Shown here piece after piece: positions 21,537-24,246 of a stretch of 24,246 nt of DNA. Every line of letters begins with the position of its first letter. Position 1 is the stretch's first letter. The notes under the pieces were generated by a model, which saw only the letters and a program-made list of their open reading frames with translations, did not search any database and was not told where the DNA came from. The DNA is from Octopus sinensis. Lineage: Eukaryota. The stretch lies in the NCBI RefSeq assembly GCF_006345805.1, contig NW_021836412.1, forward strand, positions 1 to 24,246, in the 5' to 3' direction. The translations under genes and the position numbers were made by a program.

Positions 21537-21721
21537 GAAGTAATTTTTTATTTCCAAACTCAGGATAATGCGAATAAAAGGGCAAAGAACAGGACAAGGT
21601 ACAGAGAAATCTGTCGGGGCCGCCACGTGGGCAGGTGGCCGCCAGACAGAATTCTCTGTAAAAATATGAGAAGTTTATCCTATTCGTGTTGTATTATTAG
21701 CAGAGAATAAAAAATTACTTC
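21537..21721. repeat. Nested inverted repeat, MITE-like
   Basis: Outer perfect 16-bp pair gaagtaattttttatt (21537-21552) and aataaaaaattacttc (21706-21721). Inner 15/16 pair tacagagaaatctgtc (21600-21615) and gacagaattctctgta (21645-21660) around a GC-rich core. Confidence 0.7.
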
Positions 21722-21884
21722 GTTGACTTCATACAATTTAGTAATTTGAAATACCTTGTGTGGGAAAATCGTCAGGGTTCACCGAGGACAATTCTAGGAT
21801 TTGCAGCAGAATCCGCGGGAATATTCGGAAGACATATCGTCCTGTCCATTAGGTGTGTATATAGATATGTGTGTATCTATGCAA

Positions 21885-22299
21885 GGCGGCGAGCTGGCAG
21901 AGTGGTTAGCACGCCGGGCGAAATGCTTAGCCGTATTTCGTCTGTCGTTAGGTTCTGAGTTCGAATTCCGCCGAGGTCGACTTTGCCTTTCATCCTTTCG
22001 GGGACGATAAATTAAGTACCAGTTACGCACTGGGGTCAATGTAATCGACTTAATCCCTTCGTCTGTCCTTGTTTGTCCCCTTTATGTTTAGCCCCTTGTG
22101 GGTAATAAAGAAATAGGTATTTCGTCTGTCTTTACGTTCTGAGTTCAAATTCCGCCGAGGTCGACTTTGCCTTTCATCCTTTCGGGGTCGATAAATTAAG
22201 TACCAGTTACGCACTGGGGTCGATGTAATCAATTTAATCACTTCGTCTGTCCTTGTTTGTCCTCTCTGTGTTTAGCCCCTTGTGGGCAGTAAAGAAATA
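21885..22299 (+). mobile_element. Tandem dimer of SINE family B: full unit plus headless unit
   Basis: Unit 1 at 21885-22115 has A box tggcagagtgg and B box gagttcgaattcc. Unit 2 at 22116-22299 starts at the internal motif ggtatttcgtc and ends gtaaagaaata. Confidence 0.93.
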
Positions 22300-22389
22300 T
22301 ATATATATATGTATGTATGTATATAGGTATGTTTGTATGTATGTATGTATATATACATATATGTGTGTATATATATGTGTGTGTATGTA

Positions 22390-22435
<46 letters not shown>

Positions 22436-22436
<1 letters not shown>

Positions 22437-22558
22437 CACTCTCTTTACTCTCTTTTACTTGTTTCAGTCATTTGACTGCGGCCATGCTGGAGCACCACCT
22501 TTATTCGAGCAAATCGACCGCAGGTCTTATTCTTTCTAAGCCTTGTACTTATTCTATG
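22436..22558 (-). mobile_element. 3' fragment of SINE family A
   Basis: tactctcttttacttgtttcagtcatttgactgcggccatgctggagcacc...gtacttattctat matches the other family A copies. Confidence 0.88.
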
Positions 22559-22597
22559 ATATATATATATATTATATAATATATATATAATATATGC

Positions 22598-22723
22598 GTT
22601 CGAAGGTCATGGTTCATCACCTCACCCCATGTATTCCTGGGTCTATATATATATATACATACGTTCGGACATTAGGCCTCACAGAGCCAATGAGAGGAGA
22701 CGGAGACCTGTGACTGAGAAGAC
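22598..22723. mobile_element. RTE-like ORF2 C-terminal fragment with its 5' part inverted
   Basis: Minus 22644-22598 reads [15 protein letters not shown]. Plus 22663-22723 reads (V)[15 protein letters not shown]. These are contiguous halves of a recalled RTE ORF2 end motif, GRPRKTW..V..DLR.LGLTE.M..DRDLW. Confidence 0.6.
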
Positions 22724-22739
22724 ATGTAGTCCTGTTCAA

Positions 22740-23003
22740 TATGTGTGTATATATAGATGTATTATGTATGTATATATATATATATATATTATATGTGTGT
22801 GTGTGTGTGTATGTATATATGTATGTATATATATATATGTATGTATGTATATATAAATATATGTATGTATGTATATAGGTATGTATATATGTATGTATGT
22901 ATATATATATATATATATATTTGTATATATGTATGTGTGTATGTATATATATATATGTATGTATGTATATATATATATATGTATGTATTCATTTATATTA
23001 TAT
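22740..23003. repeat. Compound (TA)/(GTAT)/(GT) microsatellite
   Basis: Read directly from the sequence. Confidence 0.95.
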
Positions 23004-23192
23004 TGAGGGTACTACTATTCGTAGATACCAACACGCTAAGAGGGACCAATGCGGTCAAAACTACTAAAAATAAACAAAATTTTACCGAATGCAAAACTTC
23101 AAAACACATCATTTTAAAAAAGAATTCAGTTAAAAAATATATATGTATGTATATATAGGTATGTATATAGGTATGTATATATGTATGTATGT

Positions 23193-23549
23193 ACAGCCCA
23201 GCCTTGCTCGGGCTTGCTTTCTTTTCGATCTTTTTGAATTGGAATTTTCGAAAAGTAAAAATTTTGCATTATGTAGCTTGTTATTCTCTTTAAGTGAACA
23301 TTTTTCTGGTTGAAATACACCGGAAAATGGTGAAACAGCAGTCAAAAAATCGTTAAAAAAACAGCACCTTTTTGATGTACAGAATTTTTGGTCTTAACAT
23401 GGTCCAATTTGAATTTTATCTTTTACGGAAGGAAGAGCAAGCCTTCTTCTATCATACTCTCAATTTTGGTCAACTTGTGCCGCAGGGTCTCAGAGGAGAT
23501 AGTTTAGTTGAAGGCTACCAAACTTGCCATACCCAGCACAACTTCAGCT

Positions 23550-23565
<16 letters not shown>
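23193..23565 (-). mobile_element. Non-autonomous Helitron-type element (second family), termini eroded
   Basis: Degenerate hairpin cccagccttgctcggg near the left end (23197-23212). The right end acaacttcagctttata(TA)n parallels caaacgcatttcagttttagatatagaga of the 6387-7758 element. The CTAG end is not preserved, and the internal sequence matches my recollection of an octopus repeat. Confidence 0.55.
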
Positions 23566-23592
<27 letters not shown>

Positions 23593-23629
23593 TATATCTA
23601 TATATATATATATATTTATATATGATACT

Positions 23630-23987
23630 TTCGAAGGTCATGGCTTCCTGGGTGTATACATATATACATATACGTTCGGCATTGGCCTCACAGGGGCAAT
23701 GAGAGGAACGGAGACCTGTGATTGAGAAAGACCCGGCAACTAAAGGGAGATCGCAGCTACGCATGTCCGGCCCAGTTAAGAGGACCCCTGATGTGTGGTG
23801 CGATATGATATGCTTGGGAAGACCTTTTGAGTCAAGTAAAGCCAATACCGAGGCTGTGGCCAGTGCCCCCGGACTGGTTCCCGTGCTGGTGGCATATGAA
23901 AAGCACTATCCGAACGTGATCGATGCCAGGCCTGTGGCACATAAAAGTGCCCACTACACTCTCGGAGTGTTGGCGTTAGGAAGGGCA
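23630..23987 (+). mobile_element. Family C / RTE-type 3' region, beginning with a second copy of the inverted-junction fragment
   Basis: 23630-23732 duplicates 22599-22723 with a deletion of about 20 bp. The downstream ccgtgctggtggca...cactacactctcggagtgttggcgttaggaagggca matches 423-763. Confidence 0.7.
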
Positions 23988-24128
23988 TTGTGTTCTCCCA
24001 GTCAACAGCCTTATCATGACTGGTACTTTGAACTCTTCGGTTGCATATTTGTGTGAATAAAATCGTTTTTCTTTAGAATAGAAAAAAAGAAGTCTATCTT
24101 TATTTCTTGTCTCAAATTTAGGTTAAAT

Positions 24129-24246
24129 CAGTGTTTCTCAAAGGGGGGAGGCCTACGGGACGGTCGGACAAGTTGTTTTGAGAAAATTTGGTTTAAATGT
24201 TTGACAACTCAGCACCGTCGATTGGACGGGGGGGGGTGTTTTGCTC
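24129..24246 (+). mobile_element. Possible left end of a hAT (Charlie-like) DNA transposon or MITE
   Basis: Starts cagtgtttctcaaa, resembling CAGTG(G/T)TTCTCAA TIRs. The partner TIR and TSD would lie outside the window. Confidence 0.3.

Noticed and set aside
21885-21975. tRNA gene-like A and B boxes (also at 5079, 9803 and 10083)
   Set aside because: No complete cloverleaf, and each continues into a shared SINE body, so these are SINE heads rather than tRNA genes.

Overview
Eukaryotic, repeat-saturated DNA that I attribute to a coleoid cephalopod, most likely Octopus, from recall of its tRNA-SINE families and its (TA)/(CA)/(ACC) microsatellite load. No intact protein-coding gene is supported; nearly all listed ORFs are microsatellite translations. 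The window contains: a decayed DD37D (maT) Tc1/mariner transposase (967-1432); an internally deleted Helitron with both termini and a RepHel fragment (6387-7758); a second, non-coding Helitron-type element (23193-23565); about 14 tRNA-SINE copies or fragments from three families, plus RTE-tail-type elements; two short repeats carrying decayed minimal hammerhead ribozyme folds (4670-5078, 6203-6337); an 8.6-kb G-rich 92-bp satellite (about 93 units) with dimer and pentamer higher-order domains (10439-19019); a CA-seeded minisatellite; and several fold-back or inverted structures, including a 102-bp-arm near-perfect palindrome (20611-20821). All alignments were done by eye, and family names come from memory, not database searches.
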